64,000 nt of DNA. Origin: Patescibacteria group bacterium. GTDB lineage: Bacteria > Patescibacteriota > Patescibacteriia > 2-02-FULL-49-11. The position numbers and the translations under genes are program-made. The notes under the pieces are model-generated. The model made no database searches. It was not told where the DNA came from and worked only from the letters and a program-made list of their open reading frames with translations. The stretch covers positions 102 to 64,101 of the forward strand of contig JBAZQN010000010.1 of assembly GCA_041645165.1 (NCBI GenBank), read 5' to 3'. Of this stretch, positions 7,605 to 17,345 are shown piece by piece; position 1 is the first letter of the stretch, and the number at the start of each line of letters is the position of its first letter.

Positions 7605-10328
7605 ATGAATACCCTTTCTCTTTCTGATTCTCTTGCAGAACTCGGGCCCATGGGAAAACGGCTGAGCTCCCGTTTGAAGAGCCTCGGCATTATGAGCATC
7701 GAGGATCTGCTCTTTCACTATCCCTTCCGCTACGAGGACTGGTCTCGAGTTCTGCCTATCAAAAATCTCATCCCCGGCATGCAAGCCACGGTGAGCGCGA
7801 CGGTAAAAACTATTTCATTCCGTCCCGGGCGATGGAAGATAAAACCGCTCATTGAAGCGCTCCTTGAGGACCAGAACGGCGATCACATTCGCGCGGTATG
7901 GTTCAACGCGTCATACCTTATTAAAACCCTTACCCCGGGCACCGCGCTTCTGCTTTCCGGAAAAATTGACCGCTCAAAAGACGCGCTCCAACTCACCCAT
8001 CCCGTATGGGAAAAAAACACAACTCACGCCCCAATGCATACCGCGCGTATTATCCCGATTTATCATGCGACGAACACCATAAGCCAAAAACAGATCCGCT
8101 CGCTTATGGCAGTTTCTCTTCAAAATATCCCCTCCATCCCTGATCCGCTTCCCTCGTGGATAGCGTCAGGCGCCAAAATCATCCCTCTTGATCGCGCGAT
8201 CCGCGCCATCCATTTCCCGTCCACGTGGGCGGCTTTGAGTGCGGCGCAAACGCGGCTGAAATTCGACGAATTATTCCTTTTACAACTGCGCAGCGCGCTT
8301 GCCCGACAGGAGCTTACTGCGCTTAAAAGTACCCCCATTCCGTTCCATGAGACTCTTACGCGCACATTCGTTGCCCGTCTCCCTTTCAAGCTCACCACCG
8401 CACAGAGAAAAGCCGCCTGGGAAATTATTAAAGACCTCGGGAAGGGCAAGCCGATGAACCGCCTCCTGGAGGGCGATGTGGGATCGGGAAAGACCGTGGC
8501 CGCCGCCATTGCCGCCTTAAATGTGATTGCGAGCGGCCATCAGGTCGCCTATCTTGCGCCCACCGCCATACTCGCGGCACAGCAGTTCGCGACGTTTTGC
8601 CGTCTTTTTTCCGACACCCCCCTATGTCCCCCCCTTACGAAGGGGGGGAACGGGGGGGTCTTCACCATCGCGCTCATCACGCAGGGGGATATCAGGGTGA
8701 ATAAAATTCAAAGTTTCCCGCCTCAGCGGGATCCCGCATACCTTAGAGAATCAGATTCAAGGGGCGGGACAAAACCCAAAGTTCAAAATGAGAGAGGGTA
8801 TAAAAAAATTTCTAAGCAGGAGCTTGCAGTACTGTTAAGAAAAGGGAGAGTCGACATTTCGATTGGCACACATGCTTTACTTTCTGAACATATCCAATTT
8901 CAAAAACTGGCACTGGTCATCGTCGATGAACAGCACCGTTTCGGCGTCAACCAGAGAGCTGCGCTCCTGCGCAGATCAGCGCAGATAAAAACGCAGATAG
9001 ACGCAGATGCTGATGACTTTCTATATAAGGAATTGACATATCAAATAAGAGGAGCAGCATTTGAAGTGGCAAATAGCTTAGGCCTCGGTTTGAAAGAAAA
9101 TGTGTACCAAAAAGCACTTGAAGAATCATTAAAACAAAAAAGGCTCTTATATGAGCGAGAAAAATCAATTAATGTCTCATTCCACGATACGCGCGTGGGC
9201 AGCTTTAAGCCTGATTTTATTATTGACCAAAAGGTTATCGTAGAACTTAAAGCACTACCTTTTATTGGTAAAATTGAAGAAAAGCAACTCTGGAGTTACC
9301 TCAAAGGTTCAAATTACAAAGTTGCGTTACTCATCAATTTTGGCAACGATAAACTGGATATCAGAAGAATAATCTACGACACCGCGAGAGATAAAACGCC
9401 CCAACCGTCACCAAATCAGCATGCATCTGTGATTAATCAGCACATGTCTGCATCAAGTGATCTGCGACCATCTGCGTCTCATCTGCGTGAATCTGCGTAT
9501 GTGCCGCATCTGTTGTCCATGACCGCCACTCCCATTCCCCGTTCGCTTGCGCTGGTCGCCTACGCGGACCTAGATTTGTCAATCATCAATGAGCTGCCCA
9601 AAGGCCGCGCGCCGATTACCACTAAAATCATCCCGCCTGAACAACGGCAAGACGCGTATAATCTCATCAAGCAAGAGCTCTCATCCGGTCATCAAGCATT
9701 TATCATTTGCCCGCTCATTGATCCTTCCGATGCCTTAGGCGTGAAATCGGTGAAAGAGGAAGCAGAGCGCTTGAAACGAGAACACTTCCCCCATGTGAAT
9801 CTCGCCGCGCTCCATGGCCGCATGACGCCTGCGTCAAAAGACAAGATCATGGGCGCGTTTGCACAAGGAAGTATCCAGGTGCTGGTATCCACGCCAGTGG
9901 TCGAAGTGGGCATTGACGTGCCGAATGCCACGGTAATCCTTATAGAAAGCGCAGAACGGTTTGGGCTGGCGCAACTCCATCAGCTCCGCGGCCGGGTGGG
10001 AAGGAGCACCCACTCCTCGTGGTGCTTGCTCGCGACCGAAACAGAACAAGAGGAGGCGTTGAAACGCCTCCACGCGGCGGTCTCCTCCCGCGACGGCTTT
10101 GCGCTCGCCGAAATTGACCTAGAGATGCGCGGACCGGGAGAAGTGTACGGCACCCAGCAATCCGGCTTCCTCGACACTTTAAAAATCGCCAAGCTTACCG
10201 ATGTCATCATCCTTAAGCAATCAAAAGAGACGGTTGCCCGCCTCCTCCAAGAAGATCCCGCGCTTTCCCGCTACCCCTTACTCCAGCGCCGCCTCGCCGT
10301 ATTCGAGGAATCAGTGCATTTTGAATAG
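7605..10328 (+). CDS. recG: ATP-dependent DNA helicase RecG with in-frame insertions, including a GxxExxY nuclease domain
   Basis: DLLFHYPFRYED wedge domain, GDVGSGKT, DEQH, MTATPIPR, QLRGRVGR, TRG motif; start at the ATG after TTGATA-17-CATACT. Confidence 0.95.
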   Translation: MNTLSLSDSLAELGPMGKRLSSRLKSLGIMSIEDLLFHYPFRYEDWSRVLPIKNLIPGMQATVSATVKTISFRPGRWKIKPLIEALLEDQNGDHIRAVWFNASYLIKTLTPGTALLLSGKIDRSKDALQLTHPVWEKNTTHAPMHTARIIPIYHATNTISQKQIRSLMAVSLQNIPSIPDPLPSWIASGAKIIPLDRAIRAIHFPSTWAALSAAQTRLKFDELFLLQLRSALARQELTALKSTPIPFHETLTRTFVARLPFKLTTAQRKAAWEIIKDLGKGKPMNRLLEGDVGSGKTVAAAIAALNVIASGHQVAYLAPTAILAAQQFATFCRLFSDTPLCPPLTKGGNGGVFTIALITQGDIRVNKIQSFPPQRDPAYLRESDSRGGTKPKVQNERGYKKISKQELAVLLRKGRVDISIGTHALLSEHIQFQKLALVIVDEQHRFGVNQRAALLRRSAQIKTQIDADADDFLYKELTYQIRGAAFEVANSLGLGLKENVYQKALEESLKQKRLLYEREKSINVSFHDTRVGSFKPDFIIDQKVIVELKALPFIGKIEEKQLWSYLKGSNYKVALLINFGNDKLDIRRIIYDTARDKTPQPSPNQHASVINQHMSASSDLRPSASHLRESAYVPHLLSMTATPIPRSLALVAYADLDLSIINELPKGRAPITTKIIPPEQRQDAYNLIKQELSSGHQAFIICPLIDPSDALGVKSVKEEAERLKREHFPHVNLAALHGRMTPASKDKIMGAFAQGSIQVLVSTPVVEVGIDVPNATVILIESAERFGLAQLHQLRGRVGRSTHSSWCLLATETEQEEALKRLHAAVSSRDGFALAEIDLEMRGPGEVYGTQQSGFLDTLKIAKLTDVIILKQSKETVARLLQEDPALSRYPLLQRRLAVFEESVHFE
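8970..9497 (+). mobile_element. In-frame 528-bp cassette: GxxExxY (PD-(D/E)XK) nuclease domain bracketed by CGCAGAT...ATCTGCG repeat clusters
   Basis: LYKELTYQIRGAAFEV..LGLGLKENVYQKAL...PDFII...VELK...QLWSYLK...LLINFG; visibly more AT-rich than the flanking recG. Confidence 0.85.
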
Positions 10329-10405
10329 CATCTGCGCTCCGCGCATATCGAAGATAAACGCCAATTATTACCGCGTATTTATCAAAGAAAAGTTTGAAAT
10401 AATTT

Positions 10406-11017
10406 TTACTTTAAACTAAACTCAATCAATGACTTTTTAACTTCGTTGTCATTAACTTTAAAGCCAGACAAATATACAACTTCTTCGCGGTAATCAACAT
10501 CATCAAAATAAGCAAGTTGATTTCGAAACATTCTTTCATTAAATTCACTTCCAAAAATCTGTCTAGTTTTTTTAATAATTTCCACGATTGAATGATAATC
10601 CCTCATGATGAAATAAAGATCCACGCAGTCTTTCCACTTGGCGCGCATGCCCAAAGCGTAAGCTTTCATGGCAGCTAATGTTAATAAATCAGGCATCTTA
10701 ATAATATCATCAAATTTTTTATTGTAATCTATCTTAAAATCATACTTGAAAAAAGTCATTTTTACCTTATTGACTATCAGATTAAATTGGTCTGTTTCAG
10801 CATAAAGTAATTTATCTATCTTTGCGAGTTGGCTTACTTTTCTCTTTATAACGGCGTTATTGAAACTCTTGTCAGTAAAAAGATCAAAATCAATAGAATG
10901 TCTGTGTCCAATATGCAATGCCACAGCAGTACCGCCAACTAAATCAAAATCCCGCGAAAAATATTTCACTACAGGCAGCAGTTTTATTTGCTCGATTGTT
11001 AATATCTCTTTATGCAT
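10406..11017 (-). CDS. AbiEii/AbiGii-family nucleotidyltransferase (type IV toxin)
   Basis: LVGGTAVALHIGHRHSIDFDLF, AAMKAYALGMRAKWKD..DLY. Confidence 0.88.
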   Translation of the reverse strand: MHKEILTIEQIKLLPVVKYFSRDFDLVGGTAVALHIGHRHSIDFDLFTDKSFNNAVIKRKVSQLAKIDKLLYAETDQFNLIVNKVKMTFFKYDFKIDYNKKFDDIIKMPDLLTLAAMKAYALGMRAKWKDCVDLYFIMRDYHSIVEIIKKTRQIFGSEFNERMFRNQLAYFDDVDYREEVVYLSGFKVNDNEVKKSLIEFSLK

Positions 11018-11201
11018 ACCCAGTATATAAACTTCCCGCGCCAAACGCACGATTTTGACGAGTATAAGTTATTAATCTTAATTTTGTTGAAAAATTAAAA
11101 CCTTTATTATGTTCTTCCAATCGCTTCTTCAGGTTACGAGCAAACTCAATGTGCCTCTCGTCATCCTTCTTGCTTTCCAACACATAGACGCAGGAGAACA
11201 T
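11010..11201 (-). pseudogene. Degenerate, truncated GIY-YIG gene between antitoxin and toxin
   Basis: VYVLESKKD.ERHIEF.RNLKKRLEEHNKG...STK; YIG motif decayed to HIE and C-terminal half missing. Confidence 0.7.
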
Positions 11202-11214
11202 ACGGGAAGTTGTA

Positions 11215-11472
11215 TTACTGGGCATATTTATTAAAATAAAGCCTGAAGTAATTTTTTGATTTTGGCAAATAATTGCACCTTTTCTGTTGCGACTTTTCCC
11301 TGAAAATCCGCGCCGCTTTTTTAATGCCCAAAATTTTAATAACTTTCTGCACATCGTCCCAGTCGCCGTAATTCAAAACCGCTTCCAGAATAGTCGCGTC
11401 TGAAAGTCCGTCATAGTTCTTTGTTGACCACACCAGGTATGGCTTTTTCTTTATATAATTTTGCAGCGTCAT
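11215..11472 (-). CDS. Small antitoxin partner of AbiEii (DUF6922-like)
   Basis: LVWS....LS...ILEAVLNYGDWDDVQ..IKILG motif, upstream of AbiEii. Confidence 0.75.
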   Translation of the reverse strand: MTLQNYIKKKPYLVWSTKNYDGLSDATILEAVLNYGDWDDVQKVIKILGIKKAARIFREKSQQKRCNYLPKSKNYFRLYFNKYAQ

Positions 11473-11490
11473 AATTGAATTACACCGTTC

Positions 11491-11618
11491 GTTCAATCTT
11501 GCAGATTGAACGATTGGTTTTATCGCCGAACAGGCCGGTAATGCACATAATATCCAAGGATAGAGGCAGACGGTCGAATGGCTGATCAACTCTGCGGATT
11601 CAGTCTGCAAGACTGAAC
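11491..11618. mobile_element. Gene-less REPIN of the RAYT-associated GTTCAATCTTGCAGATTGAAC family
   Basis: REP at 11491-11511 and inverted variant ttcagtctgcaagactgaac at 11599-11618; same REP flanks the RAYT at 41694. Confidence 0.8.
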
Positions 11619-11730
11619 CAACGTTAGTTCTATCTGCGTAAATCTGCGTTACATCAGCGTTGATCTGCGTCCATGTCGCCGCCTTCGCGCAATCGGCGCA
11701 TTTTGAGTAAAGCTGATCACGCACTCCTGT

Positions 11731-12864
11731 CTATCGAAATACTGTTTCAGGATAACATCTGCAACCTGACAATGATGAAGTACACCTGGTATAAATAGGG
11801 CCTGAAAATTCCTTCCCGCACCACTCACCATAATTACATTCACTATCAATCGTGCATACCCTACTGGGGTCCTTTTCACACTTCCATACTTCTTCACCGG
11901 ATCGAACATTTGTATAGCTCCTTGTACATTTATCAAATGGGGTACGACACCATAACGTGTAATCGTTAGTACCGTACTTACAGACCTCTCCATGCTTAAT
12001 ATGGCACCTTCGGCTCGTGCCCGACACATCGCAATACATCTGTATCATAAGACCGTCATCTCGATACTCCGGGCATCCCTGATCTTCCGCATTAACCTCA
12101 CAAGGATCACCTGGTTCAACTAATTCACAAATCCCAAGATCTCCAATTTCTTTATAACAGAAATTATAGAAAGGTGCGTCCGGAATCGAGGAATCTCTCT
12201 TAGATCTACATTCGATATTAGTCCTACATCCATCCAAGCACGCTTGTTTCTCAAAAGAACACACACAGGGCGGATTAGGACACTCGTTGCACGGCTCCCC
12301 TGTTGATTTAAACCCATTAGGAGATCCATTAGCATCAACCGTAACGCACGTATCAGCCGATGTGCCGGTGAGCGGCGAAAGCGTAGCGGGAGTTGCGCAC
12401 TTTTCCGTCGCCTTATACGCCCTGCACGGCGTGATCCACCACGCGTCATTTGAGAAAATGGTGGCAGGCTTGCCTTCGGTTGGAATGCCTTTGAGTGAAA
12501 TAATAATCCAGTTGGGCCATACCCATGCGGCAAGCAGGATGATGAATAACCCCACCACAGTGCCGGTTACCATCTTTTTGCCTTTTTCCACCTCTTCTGC
12601 CTTGCCTTGAGACATAAGAAGGCTAAATCCCCCGTAAATAAACAACGCAAGCGCAATAGCACCACAGAGCGACAGTAAAAACCTCACCCCTTTGCTTGCG
12701 ATGAGTAAAAGGTCGCACAGCGAACATGCGCCGCATGTAAAACAGTCAGTAGCTACTGCCTCTTTGGAAAAAAAGCTGTACGCCTGCGCAGAAAAAACGG
12801 AGTAACTAAACACTCCAACAATTATTAATAAGATGATAAGTATTGGTTTTCTTAAACTAGGCAT
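11731..12864 (-). CDS. Pilin-like (TrbC/VirB2-type) protein with Cys-rich C-terminal extension
   Basis: Signal peptide, CGACSLCD, LALFIYGGF.LL.SQG..E.VEKGKK.VTG.VVGL.II pilin motif. Confidence 0.75.
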   Translation of the reverse strand: MPSLRKPILIILLIIVGVFSYSVFSAQAYSFFSKEAVATDCFTCGACSLCDLLLIASKGVRFLLSLCGAIALALFIYGGFSLLMSQGKAEEVEKGKKMVTGTVVGLFIILLAAWVWPNWIIISLKGIPTEGKPATIFSNDAWWITPCRAYKATEKCATPATLSPLTGTSADTCVTVDANGSPNGFKSTGEPCNECPNPPCVCSFEKQACLDGCRTNIECRSKRDSSIPDAPFYNFCYKEIGDLGICELVEPGDPCEVNAEDQGCPEYRDDGLMIQMYCDVSGTSRRCHIKHGEVCKYGTNDYTLWCRTPFDKCTRSYTNVRSGEEVWKCEKDPSRVCTIDSECNYGEWCGKEFSGPIYTRCTSSLSGCRCYPETVFR

Positions 12865-13035
12865 AAATTAACGAAACCGCCCCTCAAGTCCCCTCCTTGC
12901 TAAGAGCCTGTCCCGAGCTTGACGCGGGAAGGGGATGGGGAGGTATCTCCTTAGTAAAAAAGATTGTCGTGCCAGAGGCAGATCAGCCCATGGCTGAAAA
13001 TTCCGATACGATAAATTAAATCCTAAAGAGCCGCC

Positions 13036-14541
13036 TCATGGGGTGATAACTTCATTATCTCCAGAATTTTGCCCACCTACCGTATATACGCCTGGCGGAC
13101 AATGCGATGACTGATGGGTTCCAAGATCCTGGCCTGACTCAAAATGCCACCACTCTTCGCAAAACCGATCTAAGCCCACTTCATTCATCTTCGCTTGGAA
13201 CTCCTTGACCACGGGACCCGTGGGCGGGGTGCCGCTAGGCGGTGTGTAAGCTCTGGTAAGCATATTGCATGCGGCGTCATTAATTACCCCTGAAGGTAAA
13301 ATGCCGCTTGATATTTCAAGGCACACGTCTACCGCATACCCTGCCTGGTGCGGCGCGTCGCATGAAGGCACTGCCGCTTTATTGCAACCTGTACAACTAT
13401 ACGGACAACTGGGAGGGGTAGGTACGCTGTAATCATAGCACCCTCGCAAGCCAGCCTGGTTCGCCATGGAGCGGTACGCCGAATTGATGACAAGCGTGAA
13501 TTTCACATTCGAGCTTTTCCAACTATTTTCTCCTTTAAGCCAATCTTCAAGCTTTTTATTATTAAGTTTCGCTATCACTTGAGACATAAGCCGCGGCGGC
13601 TGTTCCACCTGGCTATTATCAACGCGGATAGGTGCCTTGGGGAATACTGTGGGGTCCGCGATCGATAGAAAATTAGGCGACGATTCTGTCTTGGTGCACG
13701 CCTGCGGGCCGAAATTCATATTCACATTAGTCGCTTGCGATTTTACGTCTTCCAGAGTGCTCAATGCGGTATCAAACTCCACAAGACGCGGGTTGATGGT
13801 GTAAAAGAGCAGATAAGAGGTAAGCGCGATGATGAGCCCGGTGATGGCGCCCATGATGGTGCTTTTCGCGCTCGTGATTTTTTCAGGCGACCCGCCTGCC
13901 ATGAGGTACTGGAACCCGCCGATCATGATGCCAATCACCGCAAGAAGCCCTATGGACGCGATGATGAAATAATAAAGGCCGGCAATGTACTCGCCAATTG
14001 TTTTACTGCTCAAGTCAATGCTCCTCCCCGCGACAAAATCCGTGCCGGGAATAGATATTTGGGGTTTAAATTTAATTGCTTCGCGCGGTTTAGGTTCAAT
14101 ATACACTTTCAATTCGCCGCCGCCGGAAGGAACAAACGCCTGCACCGATTGTTTCACGTCCGGACACGCGCACTGGCCTGGATCTTGGTAATTGCACGCA
14201 TAGTATAAGCCATTCTGGGTTTTAACGCCTTTCACGGTTATCTCCCCTTTTACGGAACCTGCACTTACTATATTCTGCTTAGCTCCAGTATACGATTCAT
14301 AAATCAACGTTTGCCCACATTCACCTGGTTGGAGACCGCTAAAACAAATGTTTTTAACCTTATCATCTGTCTTTACGTTTTGCCCTAATAGAGCATTACT
14401 TTCAGCCGCTTGCGGATCATTAAGCTGGCACACGCAACACTGCGCGCTGGCAGCAAGGGGGAAAAAATGGATACCAACAATGCCTGTTATGAAAATTATT
14501 GAGAGAATTACCTTCTGTATCCTTAAACGGCAATATAACAT
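13036..14541 (-). CDS. Pilin-like protein fused to a C-terminal M15-family (VanY-like) zinc peptidase
   Basis: IMIGGFQYLMAGGSPEKITSAKSTI.GAITGL...INPRL, then SAYRS..NQ, PHQAGYAVD, EEWWHFE. Confidence 0.8.
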   Translation of the reverse strand: MLYCRLRIQKVILSIIFITGIVGIHFFPLAASAQCCVCQLNDPQAAESNALLGQNVKTDDKVKNICFSGLQPGECGQTLIYESYTGAKQNIVSAGSVKGEITVKGVKTQNGLYYACNYQDPGQCACPDVKQSVQAFVPSGGGELKVYIEPKPREAIKFKPQISIPGTDFVAGRSIDLSSKTIGEYIAGLYYFIIASIGLLAVIGIMIGGFQYLMAGGSPEKITSAKSTIMGAITGLIIALTSYLLFYTINPRLVEFDTALSTLEDVKSQATNVNMNFGPQACTKTESSPNFLSIADPTVFPKAPIRVDNSQVEQPPRLMSQVIAKLNNKKLEDWLKGENSWKSSNVKFTLVINSAYRSMANQAGLRGCYDYSVPTPPSCPYSCTGCNKAAVPSCDAPHQAGYAVDVCLEISSGILPSGVINDAACNMLTRAYTPPSGTPPTGPVVKEFQAKMNEVGLDRFCEEWWHFESGQDLGTHQSSHCPPGVYTVGGQNSGDNEVITP

Positions 14542-14553
14542 AATACCACGGTT

Positions 14554-15426
14554 TTAAAATTCAAGCTCTACTAACCTCTCAATCTTTTTCTCCGTAATCT
14601 CTCCCGTCAAACGGTAAGAATTTATAAACAGGGCAGGTATCCCGTCAATATCAAGCGCCTGCGCCTCATCCATGCCCTGATTCACAAGATCAGTGGTCGC
14701 GCGGGTTTCTACACAGCGGTTGAATTCTTCAAGATTAAGCCCTAATTCTGATGCTATTATACCATACTTCGACGCAGATGCTCGCAGATAAGACGCAGAT
14801 TCACGCAGATCGTCGTTCATGACTTCGTCACGGGTCAATTTATCTATAAATTCCCAAAATTTACCTTGATTTTGCGCGCAACGGGCGGCAAGGGCGGCGG
14901 GGCGGGAGGCAGGATCTAAAGGATTCGGGAAATCTTTCCATACCAGATGCGCAGATGGTCGCAGATAAGACGCAGATTCACGCAGATCGTCGCGGATATA
15001 CGCAGATATTTGTTTCACCGCATCGCGGCACACTTCAACCACATGGTCGCAAAATAATACGATATTGACTGGTTCGACACCCCCCTCTTGCATCTCCCCC
15101 CTTTCTAGGGGGGAGGATATTGCTGGCAACACCGGGTCAGTGGGCAATACCGTGGGCGCAAACGGCGTATCTTCGCGCAGAGGCGCTAAAGGTTTAACCA
15201 GCGTGATGAGGGGGTCGCTAAAGGTGCCTTGCGCGAAACTGTCAGAGGCAAGCTCTGACGCTACATTTTGATTTTGGACTACTCTCTCTTGTTGATCGTC
15301 TTGAGACGACACAATGAACCCGAGCGCGCTCTTCCCAACTGCAAGCGCTCCCAAACCAAGGACGGCGAGAGAGAACAGCGTAATAGTGAGCGTGCGCGGG
15401 TGTATTTTCATAACTTTAAATCTCAA
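14554..15426 (-). CDS. DsbA/thioredoxin-fold membrane-anchored protein with in-frame repeat insertions
   Basis: VWKDFP, AALAARCAQNQGKFWEF, GIPALFIN; the CXXC position reads CDHVVEVC. Confidence 0.8.
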   Translation of the reverse strand: MRFKVMKIHPRTLTITLFSLAVLGLGALAVGKSALGFIVSSQDDQQERVVQNQNVASELASDSFAQGTFSDPLITLVKPLAPLREDTPFAPTVLPTDPVLPAISSPLERGEMQEGGVEPVNIVLFCDHVVEVCRDAVKQISAYIRDDLRESASYLRPSAHLVWKDFPNPLDPASRPAALAARCAQNQGKFWEFIDKLTRDEVMNDDLRESASYLRASASKYGIIASELGLNLEEFNRCVETRATTDLVNQGMDEAQALDIDGIPALFINSYRLTGEITEKKIERLVELEF

Positions 15427-15525
15427 ATCCTCACCGCTCAGGCGGGATCCCGCATACCTTAGATAAAATAATTCAAAGTGCGGGACAAAGTTTAAAGCTC
15501 AAATGGATGACAAAACTGCACTAAT

Positions 15526-15897
15526 GTCATCCCGGGCTTGACCCGGGATCCAGAAATAACAATAACACTAAAAATCATCAGAAAGATCTTTCCATCCTGG
15601 ATTTACCTCCTCAATCAAACGCAATTTCCACGCCCGTTTCCACCGTTTCATTTGTTTTTCCCTCGTGATTGCCGCATAGATATCAGAAAATTCTTCATAG
15701 TACACCAGTGTATGTACGTGATATTGCCGGGTAAATCCTGGTACCGCTCCCACCTTATGCTCATCTACTCTGCGTCTAAGGTCGTTCGGTACTCCAACGT
15801 ACAAAGTTCCGTTTTTCTGACTCGCCATGATGTACACGTAATAACTCTGCATGATTTTTGTTTATTTTTTCTGGATTCCTGCCTGCGCAGGAATGAC
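15526..15897 (-). mobile_element. GIY-YIG unit 1: gene bracketed by inverted REP hairpins
   Basis: gtcatcccgggcttgacccgggatccag ... ctggattcctgcctgcgcaggaatgac. Confidence 0.85.
15568..15852 (-). CDS. GIY-YIG nuclease family protein
   Basis: YYVYIMASQKNGTLYVGV.NDL.RR..EHK...AITREKQMKRWKRAWK..LIE..NP.W.DL. Confidence 0.92.
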   Translation of the reverse strand: MQSYYVYIMASQKNGTLYVGVPNDLRRRVDEHKVGAVPGFTRQYHVHTLVYYEEFSDIYAAITREKQMKRWKRAWKLRLIEEVNPGWKDLSDDF

Positions 15898-15949
15898 AAT
15901 GACTGAAAATTGAACATTGAGAATTGAAAATTTCCACACTGTTCTGCTT

Positions 15950-17224
15950 CTATTTCAGTCTAATGCGATACACTTTCTCAAACGTTTCCAAGAAAAGCGA
16001 AGAATTGTCGGGCGTAAGGTAGAGCTTCCGCACATCCTTGATAGTCTGCACTCCTTCTTCCACCGGCACCGCAAGGCGGCGATTGATGCCATTGCCCAAA
16101 TCGGTGCTCCATACGGTATATGTAATCCCCCGCGCGGATTCAGGCACGAGTCCCGCCCCTGAGGGAAGCTCATCAGGCACGGCGCAATACACGGTCACGC
16201 TGTCCTCTCCAAAAGCGCAGCGATCCACCCATGTGGAGAGCCCGAGCGCATATTGGCGCGCGCCCGTCCGGTCGCCCCCGACATCCGCCACCCAGAGCAT
16301 AGGCTGGTACCCCGCGCCCGCAAGAGTGGTGGAATAGAGCACTCTTCTGCCGTCAGGGGACCAAATACCGGAGAAGCCAGACCCTTGCACCTCAAGCGAT
16401 TTAAAATTCTCTCCCTGCATACCTATGAAAAATACTTCTTCGCGGTCAATGCCAGTCGGCTTATGGTACGTGGCGACTACTTTGTAATCCGGAGACCATT
16501 GGGGAGCGACCAGCATACCGCGGTCGCCGGTTGCCTGTACCGCTTGGGCGCCGGTCCCGTCCACATTGGAAACCACGATCCAATTATCCCTTGCGCTGCC
16601 CGTCTCCAGCTTGTAAGAAATGGCTCCCCCGTCCGACCTGAAAGACGGCGCGGTCAGGTCTTTGGGGAGCACGGCCGTTTTTTTGGTGGTAAAATCATAA
16701 TACACATTCGATCCGTCTTCATACTCTAATATAGCGCTATCGCCTTGCGGCGCCCACACCACCTCTGAAACGCCTGGGAAAGATTCGTTCGCAAGCAGCC
16801 GTTTTCCACTGCCGTCGGCATTCACGCGGTAAAATTTGGTATCGGTCGGATTATAATAGCTCAAGCCTCCGCTGGGGCTCACGTCAATATTCATAGGAAA
16901 CCCTTCCACTACCGCCTCTGTGCGCGTTTCCCTGCCGCGCGCCACGTCGTCAACCACGGGCCGATAGCCGGTGCCTGTTGTCCCCCCTGTGGGTTCTCCT
17001 CCGCCTTCAATGGGTAATCCCCCTTCCACAGGTTGCCGCACTAGCCCTCCGGGTCCTTCGCCCGCGCGCGGCAGCGCGCCCACGCCGCCCTCTGGCGGTT
17101 TTACCCCGGGCACGTTAAAAAGCCGGAAACGCCAACCAATAAAAAGAATAATGGCGGCAGTGCCGATGATGCCGAAAATAATCAAGCCGACGCCGATGAG
17201 GAAACGAATGTTAAAACGAGGCAT
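15950..17224 (-). CDS. Membrane-anchored TolB-like beta-propeller protein
   Basis: N-terminal TM; repeated WAPQG, WSPDY, WSPDG blades. Confidence 0.75.
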   Translation of the reverse strand: MPRFNIRFLIGVGLIIFGIIGTAAIILFIGWRFRLFNVPGVKPPEGGVGALPRAGEGPGGLVRQPVEGGLPIEGGGEPTGGTTGTGYRPVVDDVARGRETRTEAVVEGFPMNIDVSPSGGLSYYNPTDTKFYRVNADGSGKRLLANESFPGVSEVVWAPQGDSAILEYEDGSNVYYDFTTKKTAVLPKDLTAPSFRSDGGAISYKLETGSARDNWIVVSNVDGTGAQAVQATGDRGMLVAPQWSPDYKVVATYHKPTGIDREEVFFIGMQGENFKSLEVQGSGFSGIWSPDGRRVLYSTTLAGAGYQPMLWVADVGGDRTGARQYALGLSTWVDRCAFGEDSVTVYCAVPDELPSGAGLVPESARGITYTVWSTDLGNGINRRLAVPVEEGVQTIKDVRKLYLTPDNSSLFLETFEKVYRIRLK

Positions 17225-17345
17225 ATTCAATTGATAAATTCCAAATCCCAATGTCCAATTTCCAATAAAATCCCAAGCCCCAATTCACAATTGGATATTT
17301 GGATTTTATTTGACATTGGGATTTGGTCATTGGGATTTCCCGGCA

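Noticed and set aside
8970-9497. Intein or group I/II intron in recG
   Set aside because: There is no C/S start with HN-C/S/T end, no Hint motifs and no recognisable intron core; the boundaries are short DNA repeats.
11473-11724. N-terminal extensions of tracked ORFs (also 7560, 36455, 48174, 50105, 51190)
   Set aside because: The extensions run through repeats or promoters; downstream ATGs fit the protein families better.
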